The notes beneath the pieces are model-generated. The model saw only the letters and a list, made by a program, of their open reading frames with translations, was not told the origin of the DNA and did no database searches. This document shows positions 42,634 through 56,674 of a DNA stretch of 64,000 bases, one piece after another. Made by a program: the position numbers and the translations under genes. Numbering within the stretch: position 1 is the first letter of the stretch; every line of letters begins with the position of its first letter. The stretch lies in the NCBI RefSeq assembly GCF_009914755.1, contig NC_060931.1; one strand, given 5' to 3'. The stretch is from the human T2T-CHM13v2.0 reference genome, Homo sapiens.

Positions 42634-43149
42634 AAATGGAAGCGATATGTACCTTCTAATTGGACTTTGAATCCAGAAGTGGCTGTTTTGACTTTGGGCT
42701 GTGAATCTCCCCCATGGAAAGGTATCTTTTCCCAACTGCATCCATGCTGTGCTCCTGGAGCAAACTCCCAGTGTAACCAGAAAACACAAGCAGAAACAGA
42801 ACAAAGCAAAAATCCCCAGCAACTGAGGACGATTTTTTTTTTCTCCCCCAGACTCCGACAACAGCCCTTGGTGTCTACTTCTTATCCTAGACACACAGTA
42901 TTTCAGGTGGCCACGCGTGATGCTGCTCCTTCCGTGTTAACATCTGCTGCATGTGGGCTCTGTGCTTTCTCCCTCCCTGAGAATTCAGTGTGTGCAAGAG
43001 GCTTCCTCTTCCACATTCTTTGATTCTTTTCTCGCATCCTGTGCAAGTCGGCACCTTCTTTCCAGGGCATGCGACGTGATCATTTTCACGAATGCAGCGT
43101 GTTTTCCCGGCACTGCCTGTGCGCATCGCGTTCTCCAGCCAAATCAAAA

Positions 43150-43247
43150 CATGCTCCGGGCCCAGGGTCCTGATTTGCGCTTTGTACCCGCATCCCTAGC
43201 AACATGCAAGGCGCACAGCAGGAGCCCGACGAGTATTTTTGATTAAT
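43150..43247 (+). mobile_element. L2 3' end (strongly GC-shifted)
   Basis: 'ctttgtacccgcatccctagcaacatgcaaggcgcacagcaggagcccgacgagtatttttgattaatg'. Confidence 0.6.
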
Positions 43248-44175
43248 GGGGCTTCAGCCATGAAAGACAGCCCTCTTTGGGGAGTGCTATCCGTTAAGTG
43301 GGTCAATTAGCTTGTCTGCGCCCCTCATGACTGATGGGATATTGTGAATTACTCATGTCTACAATCAGCAGATTCAGGTACTCATCACTGTGAATAGCTT
43401 TCCACTATTTCAAGCGACCAAAAATAGCTGTACAGTAAACTCTCATTATGCAGAATGATGGTGAGATGGGATCTTCTAATTAATTAAACATTCTGGTCAG
43501 TGAAAAAGAACCTATATATGCAGAAGACCCGCTTTCACAAATTACGATAAAATTATACCAAACATGATGTAAGTGCATCATTCGAAAATGACCTAAAGGA
43601 CTCATGTCAGACCCTGTGGGGAGTGTGCAGGGAATCAATTTGGAGAGAAAAATCCATAGTCCTATAGGCACAGCAAGTTACAGCACAGGCTTAAATCTCT
43701 TCTGGCCCCCCAAATATCCATGACATTCCCCCTTTAAAATGTTATAGTATCATCATGATTTTAATAACAGAGACTATAATTAATTACATGAACTTCCTGG
43801 ATGTTATAATTCTGGATAAAAAATATATTAAAGAAGATCATTTCTAGATGTTAAAATGAATGAGAGGATATTTTGAGAGCAAATTTTTAGGGGGCTTGAA
43901 TGTTAAGCATTTTCCACTAACAGAAGTTTTTCTGTTTTACAGTATTCTCTCTCTGAAATCCTGCTCCAGGTCACACAGTTGACCAGCCCCCTCAACAGAA
44001 ATTAAAGTGGACAAAACTAAATTTTTAGTATGTTGATATAGCTTTCATGAAAGTTTTTATGTATTCATTCAAAGGTTTTCTAATAAACAAAAATAACATA
44101 CCCACTATCATTTCCAATCTGTTTTTCTCTGGGAAACATAGGTTTCTTTATGCATATGTGCTCATGAGTCTTTGA

Positions 44176-44529
<354 letters not shown>

Positions 44530-44549
44530 TGAAAAGATAATGTGACTCA

Positions 44550-44735
44550 GTAGATCTGCGGTTCTAACCCAGTTTTACATTAGAATGACCCAGAAGCCTT
44601 TAAGACAAACTCTGCCCAGGCCCATACCTAGAGGTTTTTAAAAATTATTATTACTTAAATGGTCTAAGGCAGGGTCCAACCATTCATGTTTTTTAAAAGT
44701 TGGGAGATCCTAACCAAAAGTAAGACCCAAGAATG
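44550..44735. mobile_element. MER5-like hAT MITE
   Basis: 'gcggttctaaccc...acattagaatgacccagaagcctttaa...tgcccaggcccatacctagag...tggtctaaggcaggg'. Confidence 0.6.
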
Positions 44736-44750
44736 TGACAGAGAGAAAAA

Positions 44751-45143
44751 CTGAGCTTTCTAGTTAAAGTGTATTACAATGAGAAGTATCTGTCTGAGCT
44801 TTCTAGTTAAACTTGTATTACAATGAGGAGTATCTGTCTGAGCTTTCTAGCTAAACGTGTATTACAATGAGAAGTATCTGTCTGAGCTTTCTAGCTAAAC
44901 GTGTATTACAATGAGGAGTATCTGTCTGAGCTTTCTAGTTAAAGTGTATTACAATGAGGAGTATCTGTCTGAGCTTTCTAGTTAAACATGTATTACAATA
45001 AGAAGTATCTGTCTGAGCTTTCTAGTTAAAGTGTATTACAATGAGGAGTATCTGTCTGAGCTTTCTAGTTAAAGTGTATTACAATGAGGAGTATCTGTCT
45101 GAGCTTTCTAGTTAAAGTGTATTACAATGAGAAGTATCTGTCT
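44751..45143. repeat. Minisatellite/VNTR, 9 units of 43-44 bp
   Basis: Unit CTGAGCTTTCTAGTTAAA(C)GTGTATTACAATGAG(A/G)AGTATCTGT; starts 44751, 44794, 44838, 44882, 44926, 44969, 45013, 45056, 45099. Confidence 0.98.
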
Positions 45144-46060
45144 TACCTAAACAGGAGAAGGAAATTCACATTTTTATCAGTGGAGGAATACTCAAGTAGG
45201 TGTTTCTGCTGTGTTGAGGACTTACCTTTGTGCCTAGAAGTAGTATATTAACTCTTTACTTAGGTTCTGACTTTTATTTCCCCATTTTAACAGGCTTTCT
45301 TTACCTTGATGCTCAAGCTGTTATCCTAAGCATTAAAGAAAAACATATCAACAAACTCTTCTCATCTTTCTATTAATTTAGAAGCGGACCAATTCCTCAT
45401 AAAAAGTACTGAAAACAGGAATATCTCGCAATTGGTTCCCATGTATTTACACAGGGAACACACGTTTACGAATGAGATAACATCTTGGGTGCATGCCTGG
45501 AAGGAGGGGCACCAAAGCTTCATATCACGACATCAAAGCTGCAGAAAGATGAAAGGACATCTTTATATTTGCATCATAAACAAGTTTTACATATTATGAT
45601 ATTCCAAGAATCTTTCATTTTAACAGGTGGAAAAACAGTGACAGAGGCACCTATGTAAAACGCAGCCTTCCTTGTGGTTGGTGATTATTTTATATCGCTT
45701 TGATATAACCACTGCAATTAAGTGCTCGGATGAGCAAGGACTTGTTTCACTCTTTATAGGGCACACATTGTTTACTGATCCCTGGTTTAGGCGATAAATC
45801 CATCATCACTGGGCACAGCTGCAAATGCATTTTTAAAGGGATGATTTTTGTTCTGTAGAACAAATTTTAAATTTTGAATCTCCTTTTCTGAAGCCTTGTG
45901 ACTTAAATCAGGCAGCTCGATCAGTTTCCAGCTGCTTGGTACAAGTGAGGATGTGCATTCTAACGGACACTCTACATTGGGACGTCTTCTCTGCAGATGC
46001 AGGCATTGTGATTCCATTTGCTGGCTGGTTGGTGGTGAGCAAGGGCTGTCACTCTTTACG

Positions 46061-46291
46061 CCTGTTAGAGCATCATGGGAGAGGTGGGTGAATGCCCTGG
46101 CTGTTGACTTCTCCTCCACATGCCACCCTCTGAGACTGATTCTGTGAAGGCCAGTCAGGAAGAGGTGTCTTACACCTGCCCTCCCTGTCGACCTTCCCCT
46201 CCCTTCCTCCCCCAGCCAGTGGCAGAAGGAGGGAGTGTCACATCACAGTCCTCCTGTCCTGGGTCTTCTCCACCTCAGACCTAAAGTCTTA
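46061..46291 (+). repeat. ~230-bp dispersed direct duplication, copy 1
   Basis: About 90% identical by hand alignment to 48225-48452. Confidence 0.95.
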
Positions 46292-46452
46292 GCAGTGGTG
46301 GAGCCTGCAGGGTCACAGGGCCTCACACCTGCCTCACTGGGCTGAGGCTAAACACACAGCACACCACTTATTCATCGCCTGTGGGGAAGGGCAAAAAGAC
46401 AAGGAGCTTGACTCAGGAATGAGGGAATTAGGTTCCTTCTAATTGTACCTAG

Positions 46453-46803
<351 letters not shown>

Positions 46804-47274
46804 TATTTGATTTCTTAATTACAGAAGCACCTCTCTGAAATGGCTTCCACTTTCAAAATAAAGATGCTGTCATTCATTGCATACTATGGTCTACCTTCCA
46901 ATGAGAAGGGTAAAATCATTAAAAGTTCCAGGGTGCAGCAGACTTAAACAAAAAATATTTCACTAAAACAGTTTTTCCTAGTTTAAACAATGTTATCTAA
47001 TACAGAAACTGAAGTCTGTGTCAGAGATACATTCTGAAGACAAAGAACTTTAAAATACTTAAATAAATTAGATTTCTAGTGAAACTGAGAAGAGGCACAT
47101 TTCACAGCAGCATCATTAAAGATAAACATTGCTATTTCATTAAACGCAAGAAGGAAAAGCAAACAAGGACTTGTTTCACGGGGCATTCCAAGAAGACACC
47201 GGGTGCCAGTTAGAATGGATTTCAGGGCAAGAAAACATCGATGACACAGAAAGGACCAAGGTCTTGTATATCTC

Positions 47275-47530
47275 TTTAATCAGCTAATATTTACTGGGCA
47301 TGTACTTTTCTAGCACTATGCTAATTGCTAGGGAGTGCAAAATAACAAATGCCCTTTCTCCGAACCCTGGATATCCTTTTGGGAAGAGGGAGAGGAGAAA
47401 TCATATTAAGTCAGTAAATGAGACAATGTTCTGGTGTGCGCTGCGGGTTCCACAGTAAAAACCAATGATCACATAGTATCAAAGTGTATAGCAAAGATGA
47501 GTTGGCCAGGAACATCTAATAATTCACTAA
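47275..47530 (-). mobile_element. L2 3' fragment
   Basis: 'aatatttactgggcatgtacttttctagcactatgctaattgctaggg'. Confidence 0.5.
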
Positions 47531-47873
47531 ATCCCCAGGAAGTTGGACCAGAGACAAGGCCAGCAGCTCCCCGTGTCCCGCCAGCCGCTCTGCTGCGCCA
47601 CACTGCCTGGTCCCTCCTCATGGTGACAGTCACAGCACATGGGGAAAAAAAAGTGTGTACTTTTGGAGTGGGTGGAAGGAGGACCACAAATTACAACAGT
47701 GCAAGACGTCGTCCCAGTCTTCTCCATAGTCATAGTCTCTTGCAGGTAAATGTGCAGTATTCCTAAGATGTCTGAGGTTTCTGTGACCGAATGGCAACAA
47801 GAAGGAGAGGCACCTGGTAACATTCAGGGCTCTCTGGACCTGCTGGTCTCAGCTCTGCAGGCTGAGACCCTGT

Positions 47874-47951
47874 GACCTCTGAGCAGGTCACTGCTGAGTT
47901 ACACTGAGACCTCAGCGACCCCTGAGCGGGTCACTGCTGAGTTACACTCAG
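47874..47951. repeat. 43-bp-period tandem duplication in a MIR remnant
   Basis: gacc(t/c)ctgagc(a/g)ggtcactgctgagttacact at 47874 and 47917. Confidence 0.85.
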
Positions 47952-48224
47952 TCCCATCAGGCCTGTGGGGGCCACAGGGTTCTGGCCATTACACCCTAGT
48001 TATGAAATCCTCACACAAACAGCTCCTCTTTGCCCTAACTCCAGGTCTCTCCCCACACCCTGGGCCACTTACCCCCACTGCATCCCTTCAGCAAGACCCC
48101 AGCGGACACCTGGACTCCCTTCCTACCCCAAGGAGACCACGGGGAAGCCAGGAATATGTCCGCAGTTTCATCCACCGGCCAGTCCCACAGCAGCTGTGGC
48201 GCCATCTTGGGTGTGGCTGCAACT

Positions 48225-48452
48225 CCTGCTAGAGCATCATGGGAGAGGTGGGTGAATGTCCCGGCTGTTGACTACTACACGCCACCCTCTGAAACTTTGA
48301 CTCTGTGAGGGCCAGTCAGGAAGAGGCGTCTTACGTCTTCCCTCGCTGTTGCCCTTCCCCTCCCTTCCTCCCCCAACCGGTGGCAGAAGGAGGGAGTGTC
48401 ACTTCATGGTCCTCCTGTCCTGGGTCTTCTCCACCTCAGACCTAAAGTCTTA
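48225..48452 (+). repeat. ~230-bp dispersed direct duplication, copy 2
   Basis: About 90% identical to 46061-46291; last 44 bp identical. Confidence 0.95.
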
Positions 48453-48662
48453 ACCACAGCCCTTGTCCTCAGTGGGTTAATGGGAATAAAGGAATTTAGA
48501 GATTTTCTTTCTTGACTAAGCCTGGAATTCATGATCGTCTTGTCATTGTAAAGATCCTATTTGGGACATCAAACACTGAACATCAGCGTGCTTTGACCCT
48601 TCCCACTCCTGTGCACCAATTCTAGTCCTCCTGAGCCACGGGTGTCTCAAAGAAGAGGAAAG

Positions 48663-48742
48663 GCAGTGAGCTGAGATCGCGCCACCGCACTCCAGCCTGG
48701 GCGACAGAGCGAGACTCCATCTCAAAAAAAAAAAAAAAAAAA
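48663..48742 (+). mobile_element. Severely 5'-truncated Alu (AluY-like), ~80 bp
   Basis: Last ~60 bp of Alu with several CpGs retained, pure A tail, TSD aagaagaggaaagg / aggaagaagaaagg. Confidence 0.93.
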
Positions 48743-48854
48743 GGAAGAAGAAAGGTCACAGAAAGTAAAGCGAACGACAATAGCACATTTATATACATGT
48801 TTAATATCCAAGTTTTATTATGGTTATTTTACTTATATTTGCTATATTACCCCA

Positions 48855-49010
48855 GATCACCAGGGAAGCCTTCGTGGACAGAGTCGGATTTGAACTTGGC
48901 GTTTATGGATGAATAGAATGTAGTAGAATGTAGTTGAATGTGCTGGACTGGAGAGCAAAATGGAGACAGACTTGAGCAGAGGAACAGAAATAAAGCTATA
49001 ATGAAAAGCG
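48855..49010 (-). mobile_element. L2 fragment
   Basis: 'cagggaagccttcgtggacagagtcggatttgaacttggcgtttatggatgaatagaat'. Confidence 0.6.
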
Positions 49011-52000
49011 TAAACTATCTAAACATTTCTGAAAATGAACATTGATGCAAACATAGAATTTCCCAGCGTCTATCTGGGATAGACCTATCACCTTAACTTT
49101 CTAGCCAGTAAAAAAACTGGTTTTGAAAATGGTTACCATGAGGCTTTTCAAGATCTTCAGTTGTCAAACAAATATTCAACAATGACTCCAATAAATAGAA
49201 AGATTCAACTAAACAAACTACCTAATGTTAGTAGCTGAGGTTATGATGGTATCAGTAAATACAGTAAAAAAGAACCACAAATTACCTAATAAACAGCAGA
49301 GCAGAACTCCAACATAATTCTCCAAACTTTGAACTCTGGATTCTTTCCGTTATACAACATTGCCTCTCTAACTGTCAGCATCAGTAGAATTTTATAAATT
49401 GCAAGACAATGGAGAGAGCGGCCTCCTACTTAGCAGTCGGGATTGGCTTGGACACTGCATACCCACTCTCCTCCAGCCAATCAAATTGCTTCCCACTTTC
49501 CCAGGTGCAACGTCCATGGGTCATAATCTGGACCTCTGGGCTTAGGCACCACATCCTGCTACTCAACAATCTACCACCTTGTGGCTTGTTTCGTTTTATT
49601 TTGCATGGGTGGAGGTGGGGGTAGTGGGAAGGGAATTCCTAAAATCTCATCAGTTCCAGGAAGCCTAGAGGCCTAGGCCTTATTCTCCTCCTCATATGGT
49701 ACAAATGCCAAATCCTACATTTCCTTGAGTCCGCGTCCTCCCTGTAGATACTCTCAGTGAACTGGACCTGTTGTGGAGGAGTAGAAAATAAACATGCCTC
49801 GAATTCTCCAACAGGGCATTCAGTGTCTGCATGGCCTGTGCATTAGGATCTCTTTCTTAGCTCTCCATCTAGTGCAGGTACACGTTCCTGTGATCCGTGT
49901 TCCAGTTACTTCACAGTACAGTTATCAACACCTGCCTTAACACCACCAACAAGATTGAGTGGCGATCGAAACCAAACAACTAGTGAGGAAAGGCAGAGGC
50001 ACCACAGCCTCCTGACTTGGTCATTGCAGACATGCACTATGGGTTATACGTGGAAGTCTCAAGATCCAGCACCAGTTTCAACAATTATATGCCTTCTACC
50101 ATTTTTATTTCATTGACCTCCAACCACTTTCCACTTTCTACTGTCCACTCAATTATTATCATTATAATTTTTTGCAGTCCTTTTTGGAGAATAAATCTAA
50201 GCACATTGAAATGCATGCCTCATAACTGAATAATTTTGACAAATAGTGACACCTGTGCAATCCACACACTCTCATGATCTAGAACATTCCCACCTCATGA
50301 GGACATCATATCCTGTCCTTCCCCAGCCAATGCCCCACCTCCTAGAGACAATCAATGCTGGTGTATATTTCACCATTGATTAGTTTAGCCTGTACTTGAA
50401 CATCACTTAATGGTGTAATACAAAATGTGCTTCAGGGGGTCTGGCTTCTTTTCTCAGCTTAATGTCTATGCCAATGATCCACATTGTTGGCTCTGTCCAT
50501 AGCATGTTTCTTTTTATCGGTTAGTGGCCTTCATTGTATGAATAAATACACCACAATTTATCTTTTCACCCATCGATGGCCATTGGAGTTGTTTCCAGTT
50601 TTTTATCATTGTGAATAAGGGTGTTATGACCATTAGGATACAAATATTTTGGACATATTTTTCTTTTTTTTAATAAATACATCGGAGTACAATTACTACA
50701 TCAAAGGTTCAGTGTGTGTTTAATAAGAAACTGTCAAACATTTTCTGAAGTCATTATACCACTTTACATATCTACCAGAAATATGTTAGAACTCTAATTG
50801 CTCCTTTTTTAAAATTCTAGTCATTCTAATAGATGTGTAGTGTTCTACTGTAATGGTTCTGATTTGCCTCTGATGACTGTGATATTGAGCACTTCTTTGT
50901 GTGCTCATTTGGCCCTTTACAAAGGAATACATATCTTCCTTTGAGAAGCAGCTCTTCAAGTCTCTTGCCTATTTTATTATTATCGAATATAGGAATTATA
51001 ATCTTACTACAAGTCCTTTGTCACCTACATATATTGAGTATATTTTCTCCCAGTCTGGGCTTGCTCATTCTCTTCTTAAAAACTGTCTTTTTAATAATAA
51101 AAAAGGAATTTTGCTCCAATTTGATTTTTTTCTCTTATGAATACAGTTTTCTGTGTCCTAAGAAACCTTTGCTTACCTCCAAGTAATGAAGATATTCTTC
51201 AATGTTTTCTTTTAAAAACATTATTATTTTAGGTTTTATGTCCATGATCCATCTCCAATTAATTTTTGCTTACAGTGTTAAGTAGACCAAGTTTCTTATT
51301 TTTCTACATGAGTATCAAGTCATTCTAGTAACGTTTGCTGAAAAGACTTACTTTTCTCATTGAATTTCTTAGATTCCTTGGTCAGAAATCAATTGGCCAT
51401 ACTCGTGTGGGCTCTAGAATCTCTATTCTCTTTCATTGTTCTACTTATTTATTCTTACACCAAAACCACACTGTTTGATTACTGTACTTACTAACAAGTC
51501 ATAAAGTCAAATATCACAAACTCATAATTTTCTGGCTATATTCTTTTTCATATCAATGTTATAATCAACTATTTAAGTTTCTATGGACTTACGATTGAGA
51601 TTGTGTTGAAAATATAGATCAAATTAGCAATGAGTAACAACATTTTAACAATATGGAGCCTTCCCACCATTCATGAACATGGTATATCTCTGTTTATTTA
51701 GGTATTCCTTATTTTATCTGTTCAATATTCCATAGTTTTTAGTGTAGATCTGTTGCATATGTTTTGTTAACTTTATTTCTGTTCATTTATGCTTTTTTGA
51801 TACTACATTAATTTGTATTTTATTTTTTAATTTTTTGCTGCTAATACAAATTCAACTGTATTTTTGAATATTGATCTTTATCCTGAGACCTTGGTAAATC
51901 CACGTATTTGTTCTAATAAGCTTTTTTTGTTGTTTTGTTTCATTGTTGTCATCAATAATTTTGGATTTTCTGTGTAAACAATTATATTGTCTGTGAATAA

Positions 52001-53226
52001 GGCAGTTTTACTTCTTCATTTATAGTATGTAAGCTTTTTATTTTTTTTCTCTTGTCTTTCTACACTAGTTAGGATCTCCAGTACAATGACAAATGGAAGT
52101 GATGATAGCAGGTATCCTTGCCTTGCTCTCAATCTTAGGAGGAAAGCATTCAGTCTTTCAACATTAAGTATTATGTTACATGAAGGTGTTTGTAGACGTC
52201 TTTGATCACATTGAAGAAGCTCCCTTTTATTCTTAGATTCCTGAGAGGTTTTATCTTGAATGGGTTTGAATTTTTGTCAAATGCTTTTCTGCATCTATTG
52301 AGATGAATATATCACTTTCTTGTGTATTAAATTACTATGGTGGATTATATTGATTTTCAAACATTAAACCAACTTTACATTTATAGGAGAAAGCCCAGTT
52401 GGTTATGATGTATTATCCTTTTTATGTAATGCTGGACTTAATGTGCTGATATTTTGTTAAAGATTTCAGCATCTATGTTCATAAGAGATATTGGTCTATA
52501 ATTTTCTTTTCCTGTGATTCTTTTGTCAGGTTTTGATGTCACAATTATGCTGCCCTGATAAAATGAGTTGAGAATACTGTCTTTTCTCATTTCTAAAAGA
52601 ATATTGTAAAATTGGTAATATTTCTTCCTTAGGTGTTTGAAAGCATTTACCGGTGAAACCATCTGAGTCTAGAGTTATGTTTGTGGAAAATTATTTTGAT
52701 AGAAAGCTTAAGATCTTTGATGGGTATGAAGCTATTCAGATTTTTTCTTTCATTTTGCATCATTTTTAATAAGCTAGTTTTTTTGAGGAATCTGTCCATT
52801 TCAACTTGTCATTTATTGACAAATTTTCAATGTTTGCCAAGTTTATTGGCATAAAATTGTTTATAAGACATATTTTTAGGTCTGTAGCATCCATAATTAT
52901 CTCCCTTCTTTTATTACTAATATTATTAATTTATGTTTTCCATATTTTTTCTGAATTATTCTTGCCAAGGTTTTATGAATTGTATTAATATTTTCAAAAG
53001 ACCAAATTGAGCATTGTTAAATTCTCAACTGTTTTGTCTGTTCCCATTTTATTTATTTCTGCTCTTGTCTCTATCATGTCCTTCCTTCTAGTTACTTTGC
53101 ATTTAATGTGCTCATTTGCTTCTAGCTTTTTAAACTGGAAAATTAGATCATTGAGTTAAATCACTTCCTTTCTAAAATAAGAATTTTGACTTATAAATTC
53201 TTTTCTAAGCATTGCTTTAACTTTAA

Positions 53227-53544
<318 letters not shown>

Positions 53545-54012
53545 TAAGTGTGAAATATTTATTGTTTCCATTGTGATTTCTTATTTGATATGAGATTTAT
53601 TAAAGATCATAAAACAAAAATATTTGTTGCTTTCCTAAAGCTGTTACTCTTATTGATTTCAAATGCAATTCCACTGAAGCCAGAACACAACTCTAAACAT
53701 ATTTCAGTCTTTTGAAATTTATTAAGAATTGTTTTGTGGCTCAACATGTGGAGTATCATTTCATGCACACTTGAAAATGATATGGATTCTGCAGTGTTGG
53801 GTGGAGTTCCCATAAATGTCAATTATGTCATTTAAATTCTATAATTTAGATTTATGATTTAAATGTATATATTTACAAATAAATATAATGCATTTCTCAC
53901 TTTCTCTCCCTCTCACTTCTCTCATTTATTAGCCCATATATTTGGAAGTTCTGTTACTAAGCTTGTAAATATCTTTAATTATGTTTTGCTGATGAAGCCT
54001 TTTATTATTATG

Positions 54013-54373
54013 TGATATGGTTTGGCTGTGTCCCACCCAAATCTCATCTTGAATTGTAGTTCCCCTAATCCCCCCATGTCATGGGAGGGACCCAGTGGGA
54101 GGTAATTGAATCATAGGGGCAGTTTCCACCATGCTTTTCTCCTGATAGTGAGTAAGTTCTCATGAGATCTGATGGTTTTATAAGGGACTTCCCCCTTCAC
54201 TCGGCACCCATTCTCTCTCCTGCTGCCCTGTGAAGAGCTGCCTTCCACCATGATTGTAGATTTGCTGAGGCCTCCACAGCTATGCAGAACTGTGAGTCAA
54301 TTAAACCTGTTTCCTTTATAAATTACCCAGTCTCAGGTATTTCTTCACAGCAGTATGAAAACACACTAATACA
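54013..54373 (+). mobile_element. THE1C/D solo LTR
   Basis: tgatatggtttggctgtgtcccacccaaatctc ... ctaataca; TSD ttatg / tcatg. Confidence 0.95.
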
Positions 54374-55011
54374 TCATGAAATGTTCTTCTTTATCTTTGG
54401 TAATATGCTTTGTCTCGAGGTAGCTTTGTCTAGTGTTACTGTAGCTATTTCAGTTTTCTAATAGTTGCATATATATATACAGAGACTTTCCACCTATTAT
54501 GTCTTTGAATTCAAAGTACATCTCTTAAGACAACATATACTTCATCTTGCTCTTTAATTCAATCGATAATCTGCCTTTTAAATGGTGTATTAGTCTATTT
54601 ATATGTTTCTAGTTATTAATATCATTGAATTTAGGCTCTACAATATTATCATTTGTCTTCTATTTGTCTCATATGCTTTTTGTTTCTCCTTTCTTGACTT
54701 TTTTTGAGTTCATCAAAGACTTTATTTGACATTCCTGTTTAATTCTTATATTGACTTTTTAGCTATATATACATTTTTTTAATTTAGTGGTTGCCTTAGA
54801 AATTACAATATACATCTATAATTTCTTATATCTACGTACAGGTAATATTGTATCACTTAATGTAAAATACGGTAATAATGCAACACTATAGTTCAATCTT
54901 CACATGTGCTATTGCTTTCATATATATTGTGTCTACATGCATGATAAATCCTAGAACACAGTTTTATAACTTGCATTTTAAAAAATCTTTTGTTTCCTTT
55001 AAAAAAAAAAG

Positions 55012-55298
55012 TTTTTTGAGACAGGGTTTCACTCTGCCACCCAGGCAGAAATGCAGTAGTGCCATCTCAGCTCACTGCAACCTCTACCTCCTGGGCTTAA
55101 GCGATCCTGTCACCTCGGCCTCCCAAGTACTAGGACTTCAGGTGTCCGCCACCACACTGGGCTAATTTTTAAAGGTTTTATGAAGACAGGTTTTTACCAT
55201 GTTGTCCAGGCTAGTCTCAAACTCTTGGGCTCAAGCAATTCACTCACCTTGGCCTCTCAAAGTGCTAGGATTATAGGTGTGAGTCACTATGCTTGGCC
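55012..55298 (-). mobile_element. AluJb-like
   Basis: Diverged antisense Alu; flanks ttcctttaaaaa / ttctttaaaaa. Confidence 0.95.
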
Positions 55299-55519
55299 TT
55301 CTTTAAAAATTTAGACAAGAAAAAAAATCAATATAGTCTTTTGTGTTTACCCACATATTTACCATTTCCAGGGATCATCACTAAATATTCTAGATCCAAT
55401 TACCATTTATTATTTGTCTTTAACCAGAAGAACTTCCTTTAGCATTTCTTATAGTGTGGGTCTGTTATAAACTATCTTAGTACCTGCTTATCTGAAACAT
55501 CTTTCACCTTCATTTTTAT

Positions 55520-55732
55520 AATGCTATTAATATGTTTTATTTAACCCAATATACTCAAAATATTATCATTTCAACATGCTATAAGTATAATAAAATTATT
55601 ACTAATGTAGTTTACCTTATTTTATTCACTTCTTTGAAATTTGATATGTGTTTTACATGTACATCTCCATTCAGACTAGCCACATTTAGTGCCCAATAGT
55701 TTTCATAAGCGGCTACTGAAATGGACAACACA
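55520..55732 (+). mobile_element. MER33 (hAT-Charlie), partial
   Basis: 'ttttatttaacccaatatactcaaaatattatcatttcaacatg...cagactagccacattt...ggacaacaca'. Confidence 0.85.
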
Positions 55733-56335
55733 TCCCTGGAATGTCTCTTTCCCTTTCATTTTAAAGACTAGTCACATGAAAATAGAATTCTAAGTTAACA
55801 GACCTTTTTTCATTGCATCACTTTGTCATTCCATTGTTCTCTCACCTGCCTCATTTCTGCTAAGAATTATTCAGTCGTTTGTATAACCATTTTCTGTATG
55901 TAACATGCATTTTTCCTCTGACTGCTTTTTAATATTGTATATTTATATTTGGATTTAATCAACTTGATTATTATATGCTCAGGTGTGGTTTTCTTTGTAT
56001 TTATCCTGCTTGGTGTTCTTTGAGCTTCTTGGATTTGTTACTTGATGTCTTTAATCAAATTTAGGAAGTTTTTAGCCATTGTTTCTTCAACACAATGTTT
56101 ATGCTGCATTATATTTCTTATCTCTTTTTTGGAATTCTAATTATGGTTATATTAGACTACTTGATACTGCCCCACAGGCCTCTGAGGCTCTGTCCATTTC
56201 CAAGGCTTCTTCCGTTCTTTGAAAATCATAATTTCCATTGATCTATCTTCAAGTTCACTGATTCTTTATGCTACCATCTTCATTCTTCTGTTAAGTCAAT
56301 TTTATACAATTTTGTTTATTATTATTGAACATCTA

Positions 56336-56674
<339 letters not shown>

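Noticed and set aside
44751-45143. Regular 43/44-bp periodicity resembling a CRISPR array
   Set aside because: Units are head-to-tail with no unique spacers, there are no cas genes, and the DNA is primate
46292-46350. Apparent inverted similarity to about 47845-47900
   Set aside because: Short, gapped match; the 47.85-kb segment is explained as MIR-derived, so chance is likely
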